Positions 41,477 to 50,276 of a DNA stretch of 64,000 bases are shown here, piece after piece. The DNA comes from Minisyncoccota bacterium (GTDB taxonomy: Bacteria; Patescibacteriota; Minisyncoccia; Minisyncoccales; GCA-002788555). The position numbers and the translations under genes were made by a program. The notes under the pieces are model-generated. The model had not been told where the DNA came from. It did no database searches and was given only the letters and a program-made list of their open reading frames with translations. The stretch lies in assembly GCA_028716825.1 (NCBI GenBank), contig JAQUPA010000001.1, positions 13,071 to 77,070 of the forward strand, read 5' to 3'. Position 1 is the first letter of the stretch. Every line of letters begins with the position of its first letter.

Positions 41477-42118
41477 GTGGTGAAAATGAAAAAGTTTTGG
41501 ATTTATTTTGCAATTATAATGTCCGTCCTTTTGATAGGGGGTATTATAATAACTGCTGTTCTTGGCATTCTTGATGATATCTATGCTTGGGCTTGGGTGG
41601 GCCTTGTTATGTTGCTAATAGCAGTATTATTTATAGCGGCATACGGCGAATATATTATATCAGCCATCGGCCTTGTCGATTTGTACTTCTTCTTTGCAAT
41701 GATTTTCAACTTCCAATGGAAATACTTTCTGTATTTCTTAGCAACAAGTGCTATTCTTGTTCTTGTAGCTATTATATACGTATTTCTTAAAGAAATTGGA
41801 TTGGTTGATTTTGAAGAATTCTTTAGTTCCTCTGAAGGAAAAAGTTCTTCAGGGGGTTCTTCAGGGGGTTCTTCAGGAGATTCCTTTATAGGAAGCTCAA
41901 AGAGCAGGAAAGAAAAGGAATATTGCAGAAAGTGTGGAAGCTTTAACCATAGTACCTTTGCACATGGTAGTCATGCAGAAAAGTCTCCAAGCGAATGCAG
42001 GGAATGTGGAAGTCAATACCACATAACTTTGGATCACAAAGAGTGTGGAGTTTGTGAGAGTACAGAGCATGATACTTCAGAACATATACCATTCAGCGGT
42101 AAATTAGAAGGAGATTGA
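41477..42118 (+). CDS. Membrane protein with three C-terminal CX2CX4HX4H zinc-knuckle-like repeats
   Basis: ~4 TMs, SSGG linker (12-bp tandem repeat), CRKCGSFNHSTFAH / CRECGSQYHITLDH / CGVCESTEHDTSEH. Confidence 0.7.
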   Translation: MVKMKKFWIYFAIIMSVLLIGGIIITAVLGILDDIYAWAWVGLVMLLIAVLFIAAYGEYIISAIGLVDLYFFFAMIFNFQWKYFLYFLATSAILVLVAIIYVFLKEIGLVDFEEFFSSSEGKSSSGGSSGGSSGDSFIGSSKSRKEKEYCRKCGSFNHSTFAHGSHAEKSPSECRECGSQYHITLDHKECGVCESTEHDTSEHIPFSGKLEGD

Positions 42119-42456
42119 GTCCCTTATGGGCCAAGAGACAATATTAAAACGCGGGAAGTCTAAGGATTTCCCGCCTGTTTTATTTTCAAATATAAAAACA
42201 AGATTATTTATTCCTGAAAGATTTTCGAGATTTGATTTTTTCCGCCTTGTAAAGGGAAGTTTTTTATGTTATACTGTCTTTGGTTTGAGTTAACTCTCGT
42301 GTTTCTTATTTAAAGTTATCTTTAAATTTTGTACTCCGAGGGGATCAAACGGGGTCGATTAGTCCTTTGAAACAGCGGTTTTTTACCGCTCCTGCTTGGC
42401 AGGGTTTCAAAGGATAAATGCCTGTTATTAAACAGGATAAAATTTAGAGAAAACGT

Positions 42457-42723
42457 ATGGAAGAAGCAAAAAACAAGCTCTACGTTGGAAACTTGGCATA
42501 TGAAATCAACGATGAAAAGCTGAAAGAAATTTTTTCAGCTGCCGGTGAAGTAACAGAAGCCGTTGTTATCATGGACAAGATTTCCGGACGTTCAAAGGGT
42601 TTTGGCTTTGTTACAATGAAAGATGACGCTGCAGCTGAAAAAGCTATTGAGCAGCTAAACGAAACAGACCTCGAAGGAAGGAAAATCATTGTTAACGTTG
42701 CAAGACCAATGCGCGAAAGATAA
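42457..42723 (+). CDS. RRM-domain RNA-binding protein
   Basis: RNP2 LYVGNL and RNP1 KGFGFV; terminator AAAAAGCGGATC/GATCCGCTTTTT follows. Confidence 0.95.
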   Translation: MEEAKNKLYVGNLAYEINDEKLKEIFSAAGEVTEAVVIMDKISGRSKGFGFVTMKDDAAAEKAIEQLNETDLEGRKIIVNVARPMRER

Positions 42724-43025
42724 AATTGATTATCTTAGCAGAAAAAGCGGATCTTATTGATCCGCTTTTTTATTGTTTTTCTATAACTTGGTTGAAGGAG
42801 AAGAGTAATGGGAGGAAGAGGGTCGGCTTTAAAAGACCGTTTTCCCCGAAAGTGTTCCTGTAAACGGAATTACACTTCCGAGAGCTCTCTATTTTATCAA
42901 TTGAGTTTATTCTTGAATAAAATCGGAATTTATTGTATACATCAGAATTAACCTATTTAGCACATAGTGCCAAAAGAGGTTTAAAATATATAAAAAAAGG
43001 AGGAAGTTGAGTTAAAGGAGGGGAG

Positions 43026-43817
43026 GTGATTTGCTTGTCATTTAACGATAACCACAAACTGGAGCTTGAAAACGATGAGGACTTGGTAAAGCTGGCTCAG
43101 CAAGGAAACGAAGAAGCCCAGCGAGTCTTGTTAGAGCGTTATAAATACATAGCAAGCACGAAAGCAAGTTTGTATTTTCTTCCCGGAGGAGATCAAGACG
43201 ATTTATTCCAGGAAGGGATGATTGGCCTTTTTAAGGCAATTCGCGGTTATCAAGAGGGGCGCGATTCTTCTTTTAAGAGCTTTGCTTTTTTGTGCGTTTC
43301 TCGAAGTATAGTCACAGCACTAATACTAGCAAATCGCCGGAAGCACAAAGCTCTTGATGGTTATTCCTCTTTAGATAAATACGTTAGCCCAGATGGGGAA
43401 GAAGGCAATAACCATTTGCCGGCCAGCTACTTGGAAGATCCAGAAGAGATTTTTATCAACAATATAGAAAGAGAGGAGATGGAGGTCTTCTTACGAGAGA
43501 AGTTGTCACCCTTTGAATTTGCGGTAGTTCAGCTATTTATTCAAGGATTTTCTTACAGGGAAATAGCCAAAAAGCTGGGCATATCCGAAAAGCAGGTTGA
43601 CAATGCTCTCTGTAGAGCGAGGGTTAAGACCAAGCGGTATGCAGAATACATGGACACAAAGGATAAAAAAAAGGAGGTGTTAAAGGTGCCAATTAGCGGA
43701 TACACCATCTTTATGAAAGAGCAGTACAGAAAAGGACTAACAATGGATCAAGCTCTTGAGGCCTATAGAGAGCTATCACCGGAGAAGAAGGAAGTGTTGT
43801 CAAACGAAGCAAAGTAG
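43026..43817 (+). CDS. SigH(Spo0H)-like RNA polymerase sigma factor with an HMG-box-like C-terminal extension
   Basis: YFLPGGDQDDLFQEGMIGLFKAIR, SFKSFAFLC, SYREIA...KQVDNALCR; tail KVPISGYTIFMKEQ...YRELSPEKK. Confidence 0.85.
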   Translation: MICLSFNDNHKLELENDEDLVKLAQQGNEEAQRVLLERYKYIASTKASLYFLPGGDQDDLFQEGMIGLFKAIRGYQEGRDSSFKSFAFLCVSRSIVTALILANRRKHKALDGYSSLDKYVSPDGEEGNNHLPASYLEDPEEIFINNIEREEMEVFLREKLSPFEFAVVQLFIQGFSYREIAKKLGISEKQVDNALCRARVKTKRYAEYMDTKDKKKEVLKVPISGYTIFMKEQYRKGLTMDQALEAYRELSPEKKEVLSNEAK

Positions 43818-44010
43818 ATAAGGGACTCTAATAAGGTTTTTCCTGAAGCTGAAAGAGGAGGTTCAGAACCGGTGATACCAGCGTCTCTGGAGGGAGTCTT
43901 CAAATCATTGAAGGTTTTCCTCGAAGAGGAGCTCGAGAGTACCAGGCGCAAGGAGGCAATCCTTACAGGATTGATCGACCTACTTTAGACATACACAATC
44001 GCAACATGTG

Positions 44011-44038
44011 GGCGGGAGTCGCAAGACCCCCGCTTTTT
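44011..44038 (+). terminator. Intrinsic terminator after the sigma locus
   Basis: GCGGGAGTC-GCAA-GACCCCCGC followed by TTTTT. Confidence 0.7.
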
Positions 44039-44047
44039 CTATTTAAA

Positions 44048-44074
44048 TTAGCAGTCTAAACACTTGACTGCTAA
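44048..44074 (+). promoter_or_regulatory. CIRCE-like operator overlapping a sigma70 promoter
   Basis: TTAGCAGTC-N9-GACTGCTAA; TTGACT at 44064-44069 and TATAAT at 44086-44091. Confidence 0.8.
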
Positions 44075-44286
44075 ATTTATTTTTTTATAATTAAGTATAT
44101 TTAGTAATTAAACAATTAAAAAATCCTGCATGTAATCTTGATTGCTGGATTTTTAAGAAACCGTTTTTTCTTTAAGTTATCTCTTTTTAAAAGACAACCC
44201 TTAAACAACCTACGCTTTCCGAAAACCAGCAATAAAACGGCTGGTTTTTTTACAAAAGGCCGAATTTTTAAACTATTTCAAAATTT

Positions 44287-44517
44287 ATGATCAAGAAAAA
44301 TTTTCACAGCGTTCCTCAGGGTGATGCTTGGGCAATAAAAAAAGAGGGTGTTGATAGGCCGGTTTCAAAACACAGAACACAGGCCATTGCAGAAGAAAAA
44401 ACTCGTGTTCTTGCTAGAAGGGTTGAAGTAGAAGCAATCTATCATAACAAACAGGGGATTATTAAAGGCAGAGATAGTTATGGAAATGATCCATGTCCAC
44501 CAAAAGACAAAAATTAA
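44287..44517 (+). CDS. DUF2188-like small protein
   Basis: HSVPQGDAWAIKKEG...HRTQA.A...IYHNKQG.I..RDSYGNDPCPPKD. Confidence 0.85.
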   Translation: MIKKNFHSVPQGDAWAIKKEGVDRPVSKHRTQAIAEEKTRVLARRVEVEAIYHNKQGIIKGRDSYGNDPCPPKDKN

Positions 44518-44550
44518 AGGTCACAATATAAACTAACTAAAAATCAAAAT

Positions 44551-44730
44551 ATGGATTTTAATAAGTTTCTTAGTGAAATAAGAAAGAAAGATGGGGAAGA
44601 AACTGCTCGGAGAGCAAATACTCTTGTTAATTTTGAAACCTTAAAAGAGTTGCTTATCCGGAAAGAAATTATTTCAGAAGGAGAATTTAGAAAAGTCAGA
44701 GAAGAAGTTTGTGAAAGGTATAAAAAGTAG
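44551..44730 (+). CDS. Hypothetical 59-aa protein (not in ORF track)
   Basis: MDFNKFLSEIRKKDGEETARRANTLVNFETLKELLIRKEIISEGEFRKVREEVCERYKK; fills the gap in a + strand array. Confidence 0.6.
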   Translation: MDFNKFLSEIRKKDGEETARRANTLVNFETLKELLIRKEIISEGEFRKVREEVCERYKK

Positions 44731-44757
44731 ACAAGATCAAGGATAAAAAACTTAGGC

Positions 44758-45441
44758 ATGAAATGTTTATTTATTGATGAGACAGAATGCAAACAAAGAG
44801 ATCCTAATTTTTTCGGAGTCGGTGGACTTTTTGTTGACTCCTTTTTCTATAAAACCCTAAAAAGATCTTTTAAATCTTGTTTTGAGAGTTTGGGGTGGGA
44901 TGAGAAAAAGGAGCTTAAAGGAAGCTATCTATTTTCTTCACGGAAAGGAGATAAAAATGTGCCGGTGGATAAAAGAATTAAGCTTGTAAGGGAAATTGTT
45001 GATTGTACAAGAGCGAAACAGCGATCACGAATTAATTTTTATTTTACAAGCAACGGGAAAAAGAGAAGTGAAAAAAATTATTTATTCTTATTAAAGAAAA
45101 TAATTAAATCACTTAAAAATTATCCTGATAAAAACGATAAAAATTTAGTAATTATAACAATACATCAGTGTTCTGAATTTAAAGAAAAGAATATCAAAAA
45201 AATAATTAATGAAAATTTGAAGGCAAGACTAGTTTTATTTGAAAAACCCTTTATAATCCACTCAGAAAACGAAGCATGCGGTATGATTATTGTCGATATT
45301 TTAAACTACCTAAAAATGTGGATTGTCCTTAATCCCGAGGAGAAAAGTCAATTAAAATTATTTCCGAGTGTTAACCAAAAAAAATTAGCACAAGTTACAG
45401 AAATATTAGCAACAATTAAAAACATCAAAGATGTAAAATAG
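44758..45441 (+). CDS. DUF3800-like (RNase H-fold) protein
   Basis: N-terminal LFIDET, FFGVGG, ELKGS, C-terminal S....GMIIVDIL. Confidence 0.65.
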   Translation: MKCLFIDETECKQRDPNFFGVGGLFVDSFFYKTLKRSFKSCFESLGWDEKKELKGSYLFSSRKGDKNVPVDKRIKLVREIVDCTRAKQRSRINFYFTSNGKKRSEKNYLFLLKKIIKSLKNYPDKNDKNLVIITIHQCSEFKEKNIKKIINENLKARLVLFEKPFIIHSENEACGMIIVDILNYLKMWIVLNPEEKSQLKLFPSVNQKKLAQVTEILATIKNIKDVK

Positions 45442-45467
45442 GAAATCTAATTTATAAATAAAAATTT

Positions 45468-46091
45468 ATGTCAAAAAATAAAGTAGATAATCCAATAGTA
45501 AAAGTAGACTACGAAGAAGCTAAAAAACTTGCAGATTTAGGTGCTATTGTTCAAGATTTAAGTTTTGTAATGAAAACGTGTTCGCGTCTTGAGAGACTAT
45601 TAAAAGAAAAATCCAAAGACAGTTTGTTAATCGAAAATATGTGGACTGCTGTATTAATAAGATATGCTAGATGTTTCGCAGACGGGAAAAGATTTGGTTT
45701 GTCAGAATCAATATTTGACAATTTAAATGGTGAGCCACATAAAGCGCACAAATTTTATCTTGATTTGAGAGACAAACATATTGCTCATTCTGTAAATCCA
45801 TTTGAGCAAGTGGCGGTAGGACTAATATTGTCTCCGCAGAACATTGAAAGTAAGAAGATAATTAAGGTTGTAACAATGACTATGAGGCATATGATAACAG
45901 ACATTGAGGGAGTTCATCAGCTTGGATGTTTAGCAAAGGTTTTATTAGAGGAAGCATGCAACATAGCCAAGCAATACGAAAAAGAGATATTAAAGAAAGC
46001 TAAAAGTATTCCTATTGATGGTTTATACAATTATCCCAGACTTCGTATGATTGCGCCTGGGCCTGAATCGGCAGATAAACCAAGGTCATAG
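45468..46091 (+). CDS. Helical protein with HEPN-like Rx5H motif
   Basis: LIRYARCF...LRDKHIAHS. Confidence 0.55.
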   Translation: MSKNKVDNPIVKVDYEEAKKLADLGAIVQDLSFVMKTCSRLERLLKEKSKDSLLIENMWTAVLIRYARCFADGKRFGLSESIFDNLNGEPHKAHKFYLDLRDKHIAHSVNPFEQVAVGLILSPQNIESKKIIKVVTMTMRHMITDIEGVHQLGCLAKVLLEEACNIAKQYEKEILKKAKSIPIDGLYNYPRLRMIAPGPESADKPRS

Positions 46092-46134
46092 TGCAAAAAA
46101 CTAGAAAATTTATTTAATTAAGGAGTAAAAATTT

Positions 46135-46539
46135 ATGAATCAAGATGATTATAATGCAAGAAAAAGAAAAGAAGAATTATTTCATTTATTTAAAGAATCG
46201 GTATTAGGTCGTTTGAATTTCTCAATAATTGTTAGTACATTGTCAGCAACCTTGCTTATAGTTGCAACTTTTAACAAAGAGTTAATTCCGGTTAATGATT
46301 TTACAAAAACTCTTCTTACAATTTTATTATTGCTTATACCGAGTGGATTATTTCTATATCTTTATGAATTAAATCAGACTGGTGTTGATTCAGCAAAAGC
46401 CTTGAAAAAAGAAATTAATGAAGATTTGAAGCAAAGAAAAAAGAATATATTTCTTTGGTTTAGCGTCTATTTTCCGTGGATCGGCCTTGCCATTATATCG
46501 TTTGTTATTTTCTCAATAATTTGGATAATTTGGCGATAG
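46135..46539 (+). CDS. Hypothetical membrane protein (3 TM)
   Basis: 134-aa ORF with three hydrophobic segments. Confidence 0.65.
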   Translation: MNQDDYNARKRKEELFHLFKESVLGRLNFSIIVSTLSATLLIVATFNKELIPVNDFTKTLLTILLLLIPSGLFLYLYELNQTGVDSAKALKKEINEDLKQRKKNIFLWFSVYFPWIGLAIISFVIFSIIWIIWR

Positions 46540-46686
46540 GTAAAGGCAAGGATTGCTGAAAATTGAAAAAATAAAATTAGACAGCCAATTTACAAATTTT
46601 TGTTTAAATATTTCCGCGATTTTGTTAGAATGAGTGGGTTAGGAGAATGATGAATCATGAATCACGAATAAAGCGAAAATAAATCT

Positions 46687-46917
46687 ATGAGAAGACAAAA
46701 AATTGGTATTATAATGATTGTTATAGGAGTATTGGGATATATTTATAATCCTTTAATGGATGCCGGGAGTAACTGTGTTCTTGATGGTGGTTGTGGTTTT
46801 GGTTCGGCTATGCCAAGAATACCTTATTTTTTAATTCCGATTTTCTTGATTATTTTAATCATCGGGATTATTCTTGCCGTCATTAAAGAGAAAAACCATG
46901 GCAAAAATGAAAACTAA
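46687..46917 (+). CDS. Small 2-TM protein with a Cys pair in the loop
   Basis: 76-aa ORF; NCVLDGGC between two TMs. Confidence 0.6.
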   Translation: MRRQKIGIIMIVIGVLGYIYNPLMDAGSNCVLDGGCGFGSAMPRIPYFLIPIFLIILIIGIILAVIKEKNHGKNEN

Positions 46918-47302
46918 ACTCATTGCGCCGTGCGGGATGAATTGCAATATTTGTATGGCATATTTGCGAGAAAAAAATAAATGCCTTGGCTGTAGATATA
47001 TTACCCCAAAAAATTCTATTTCCCGCGTAAAGTGCAGGATTAAAAATTGCAAAAAGCTTAAAGAGACAAGCTCTGGCTTTTGTTTTTTGTGCAAAGATTT
47101 TCCCTGCAAGAGAATAAAGCATTTGGATAAAAGATACAGAACAAAATACAATATGAGCGAGATTGAAAACCTTTTATATATTAAAAAATTTGGAGTAAGA
47201 AAATTTATACAAAAAGAAAAGAAAAAATGGACCTGCAAAAAATGCGGTGGTACAATCTGTTGTCATAGAGGAGTATGCTTTAGCTGTGGTTCTAAGAAAT
47301 AA
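46898..47302 (+). CDS. DUF3795-like Cys-rich protein
   Basis: IAPCGMNCNIC, CLGC, CRIKNC, FCFLCKDFPC, CKKCGG..C..C; ATG at 46898 or 46907. Confidence 0.8.
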   Translation: MAKMKTKLIAPCGMNCNICMAYLREKNKCLGCRYITPKNSISRVKCRIKNCKKLKETSSGFCFLCKDFPCKRIKHLDKRYRTKYNMSEIENLLYIKKFGVRKFIQKEKKKWTCKKCGGTICCHRGVCFSCGSKK

Positions 47303-47407
47303 CTTTTTTAATACGAATTTTTATTTGACAATCTTAGGTTTTTTTGTTAATAATATATATAGCGATTTTGGGAAATTCCCAAAATCTTTTTATTTAAGGA
47401 GGCAAAG

Positions 47408-47641
47408 ATGGATAGGTATTTCTATACTTTCCGTTACCAGACAATTCCCAGCTGTAAAGATTTTCACCTGTCTGATATTTCTGTCAGAAGTATAAGGGCG
47501 GAAAACGAAGAAGCAGCAATCCAAAGGGCCAAGAAAATGGTCAAGGCCCAGGAAAGAAAGCTGAATAGCGGGTGTAAAATCTTTGAGTGCGATCTTATAC
47601 TGGTCGCCAAAGAGGTCTGGAGAAATCCAGATAATATCTAA
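47408..47641 (+). CDS. Hypothetical ORFan
   Basis: Own promoter (TTGACA 47325), SD AAGGAGG, 3' hairpin 47660-47690. Confidence 0.6.
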   Translation: MDRYFYTFRYQTIPSCKDFHLSDISVRSIRAENEEAAIQRAKKMVKAQERKLNSGCKIFECDLILVAKEVWRNPDNI

Positions 47642-47848
47642 TAAGGAGGTGAGCTCATCATTGAAAAACCCTGCAAAGGGTTTTTTCAATATAAATTACT
47701 TTTCTTTATTTTATAGAAAGAAATTGACAGAAGATTATTTTGTGCTATATTCTAAAATCCAAACAATGTTCTTTGATTTTGGTCTTTAAGTGGACCTTTA
47801 TATATTTCCCGTAAAGCCGTAGAAGAATAAGATATTTAGGAGGTTAAA

Positions 47849-49225
47849 ATGAGATCAAGAGACATTTTTGACAGTCTTTCGCCGATTGACTATCGATACT
47901 GGGACGAGGAAGTGGCGAGGTATCTCTCCGAGAATGGGTTCACCACTTACAAACTTCTAGTAGAGCTTGCGCTTGCAAAGGTGCTTCATCGTCAAGGTAT
48001 CTGCTCAAAAGCCGCTGTCCAAGAAATCGAGTCGGCTTGTAGTAAGGTGAGGACCGCTGAGGTGTATGACGAAGAAGATCGAATTCGTCACGACATCCGT
48101 GCCCTCGTAAACTGTATCCGCGCCAAGGTGAGCGAGAAAACGAAGCCATACGTTCATATGACGGCAACCTCGTATGACATCGTTGATTCAGCAAACGCTG
48201 TTCGTTACCAGGAGGTCGTTAAGGACGTACTTCTTCCAACACTCATGAACTTGGAAGAGGTTCTCATCGCGATTGCACTTCGCGAAGCCGAGACAGTACA
48301 GGTTGGTAGGACGCACGGCCAGCATGCAGTTCCGATTACTTTCGGATTCGCGATCGCCGGCTATGTGAGTCGCCTGGGCGGGTCAATTGAGAAGTTGAAA
48401 AAGCTTTCTTCTGAGCTTCCTGGGAAGTTCTCGGGAGCAGTCGGAGCATATAATGCTTCGTCGCTTTTCTTCGATGACCCCGAGGACTTTGAGGCCAAAG
48501 TGCTCGCCGAGTTAGACCTTAAGCCAGCTGGGCACTCAACGCAGATTGTGCCACCCGAACCTCTGACTCGGCTTTTCTGCGAAGTTACGATCGCGGCAGG
48601 AGTACTGGCCAACTTGGCCGATGATATGCGGCATCTCCAGCGGACGGAGATCGGAGAGGTGGGTGAGGAGTTTGAAGCGGCGCAGGTTGGATCTTCCACC
48701 ATGCCGCAGAAACGCAATCCCATCAACTTCGAGAACGTTAAGAGCTTATGGGAGATTGTTATGCCCCGCATCGTGACGGTGTTTATGGATCAGATCAGTG
48801 AGCATCAGCGCGACCTTACCAACTCTGCGTCTGCACGGACTTATGGCGAGGTTATCACCTACGTGGTTTCAATGGCAAAGCGCCTGACGCGCACGATGAA
48901 AAAGCTTACAGTTGATCGTGCTAACCTGGAGCGAAACCTTGCCATACAGGAAGGGTTGGTGGTTGCAGAGCCTCTCTATATCATCCTTGCAGCGTTGGGA
49001 CATCCTGATGCCCATGAGAAAGTGAGGATACTCACACTGCAGGCTCAAAGCGAGAAACGGCCGCTCCAAGAGGTTTTTGCCGATGACACAGAGATGAAAG
49101 TGTATCTTGAGAAGATGACGCCATATCAACGGCAGATCCTTTCAGATCCGTCTCTCTACATCGGCATTGCTGCAAAGAAAGCAAGAGATGTCGCAGAACA
49201 TTGGAAGCAAAGGTTAGGAGGTTGA
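47849..49225 (+). CDS. purB: Adenylosuccinate lyase
   Basis: LSPIDYRY, RHDIRA, VHMTATSYD, GRTHGQHA, signature GSSTMPQKRNP. Confidence 0.93.
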   Translation: MRSRDIFDSLSPIDYRYWDEEVARYLSENGFTTYKLLVELALAKVLHRQGICSKAAVQEIESACSKVRTAEVYDEEDRIRHDIRALVNCIRAKVSEKTKPYVHMTATSYDIVDSANAVRYQEVVKDVLLPTLMNLEEVLIAIALREAETVQVGRTHGQHAVPITFGFAIAGYVSRLGGSIEKLKKLSSELPGKFSGAVGAYNASSLFFDDPEDFEAKVLAELDLKPAGHSTQIVPPEPLTRLFCEVTIAAGVLANLADDMRHLQRTEIGEVGEEFEAAQVGSSTMPQKRNPINFENVKSLWEIVMPRIVTVFMDQISEHQRDLTNSASARTYGEVITYVVSMAKRLTRTMKKLTVDRANLERNLAIQEGLVVAEPLYIILAALGHPDAHEKVRILTLQAQSEKRPLQEVFADDTEMKVYLEKMTPYQRQILSDPSLYIGIAAKKARDVAEHWKQRLGG

Positions 49226-49307
49226 ACTTCGAGGTATTTATGCCCGTGGGCGCTACTGTCAATTCAGTGGCGCCCTTTTCATTTAAGAAAATTTCTCTTT
49301 ATGAGTT

Positions 49308-50276
49308 TTATTTTTTTTCTTCAAGCTTTAATAGTCTCTTCCATTCTTTATTTACGATTTTTTGGAGTTCTTCTATTTTTTCAGGATAATCTTTCAAGTG
49401 AGCAAATCTTTTTTGCTGGTTTATAAATTCTTTAATTGGTTTTTCTTTTGCTGGTTTTATATTTACTATATATTTTCCATTTTCAACTTCATATAAAGGC
49501 CAGAAGTTTGTTTCTGTTGCAAGTTTTGAAATTTCAAGCGTTTTTGCGGGTGGGAATCCCCAGATTGTTGTGCAGGGGGCAAGTATAATTAATGCTGTTG
49601 GCCCTTTGGTCTCAATTGCTTTTTTTGCTTTTTTCTTTAAATCCTCAAGGTCATGGATTGCGGCCTGCGCAACATAAGGGCTTCTGTGTGCGACCAAGAT
49701 TTCTGTTAAATTTTTTCTTTGTTCTTCTTTGCCCTTTTTTACTTTTCCGGCTGGCGTTGTAGTTGTGTCAGCCCCCAGGGGGGTGGCCCCTGATCTTTGC
49801 CCGCCAGTATTTTGGTACCCTTCGTTATCATAAACTACCAAGGTAAAATCATGGCCCCGTTCAAATGCTCCCGAGATTGCCTGAAAGCCAATATCATATG
49901 CGCCCCCATCCCCGGCAAAAGCAACAAACTTTATTTTCTCTTCAAAGCCATTTTTCTTTCTGTATTTAAAAGCACTTTCAACACCTGCAATAGTTGAGGC
50001 AACATTTTCAAAGGCGTTATGTATGCAGGGGATATTCCAGGCATTATATGGATATATGGTTGAGGTAACTTCAAGGCACCCTGTTGCGACGCCAGCGACA
50101 ATGGGTTTTTCTGTTTGGGATAAAACATTATTTACAATTAAAGGGATTGCGCATCCCGCACAAGTTCTTCCTCCTGGTGAATATTTTGGATTATTCTTTT
50201 TTACTTCAGCCATGTTATTAGTTATTTGTTTTATGCTATTAGTTTTTTTACTTGATCCATTTGATTTTGTTATCAA
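49308..50276 (-). CDS. porB: Pyruvate:ferredoxin oxidoreductase beta subunit (likely start ~50212)
   Basis: TCAGC, ATGCLEV, AGDGG..DIGFQ, YDNEGYQNTGGQRS. Confidence 0.92.
   Translation of the reverse strand: MITKSNGSSKKTNSIKQITNNMAEVKKNNPKYSPGGRTCAGCAIPLIVNNVLSQTEKPIVAGVATGCLEVTSTIYPYNAWNIPCIHNAFENVASTIAGVESAFKYRKKNGFEEKIKFVAFAGDGGAYDIGFQAISGAFERGHDFTLVVYDNEGYQNTGGQRSGATPLGADTTTTPAGKVKKGKEEQRKNLTEILVAHRSPYVAQAAIHDLEDLKKKAKKAIETKGPTALIILAPCTTIWGFPPAKTLEISKLATETNFWPLYEVENGKYIVNIKPAKEKPIKEFINQQKRFAHLKDYPEKIEELQKIVNKEWKRLLKLEEKK

Noticed and set aside
44287-47302. Integron cassette array
   Set aside because: Small co-oriented genes, but no repeated attC-like RYYYAAC...GTTRRRY palindromes are visible and there is no integrase in the window
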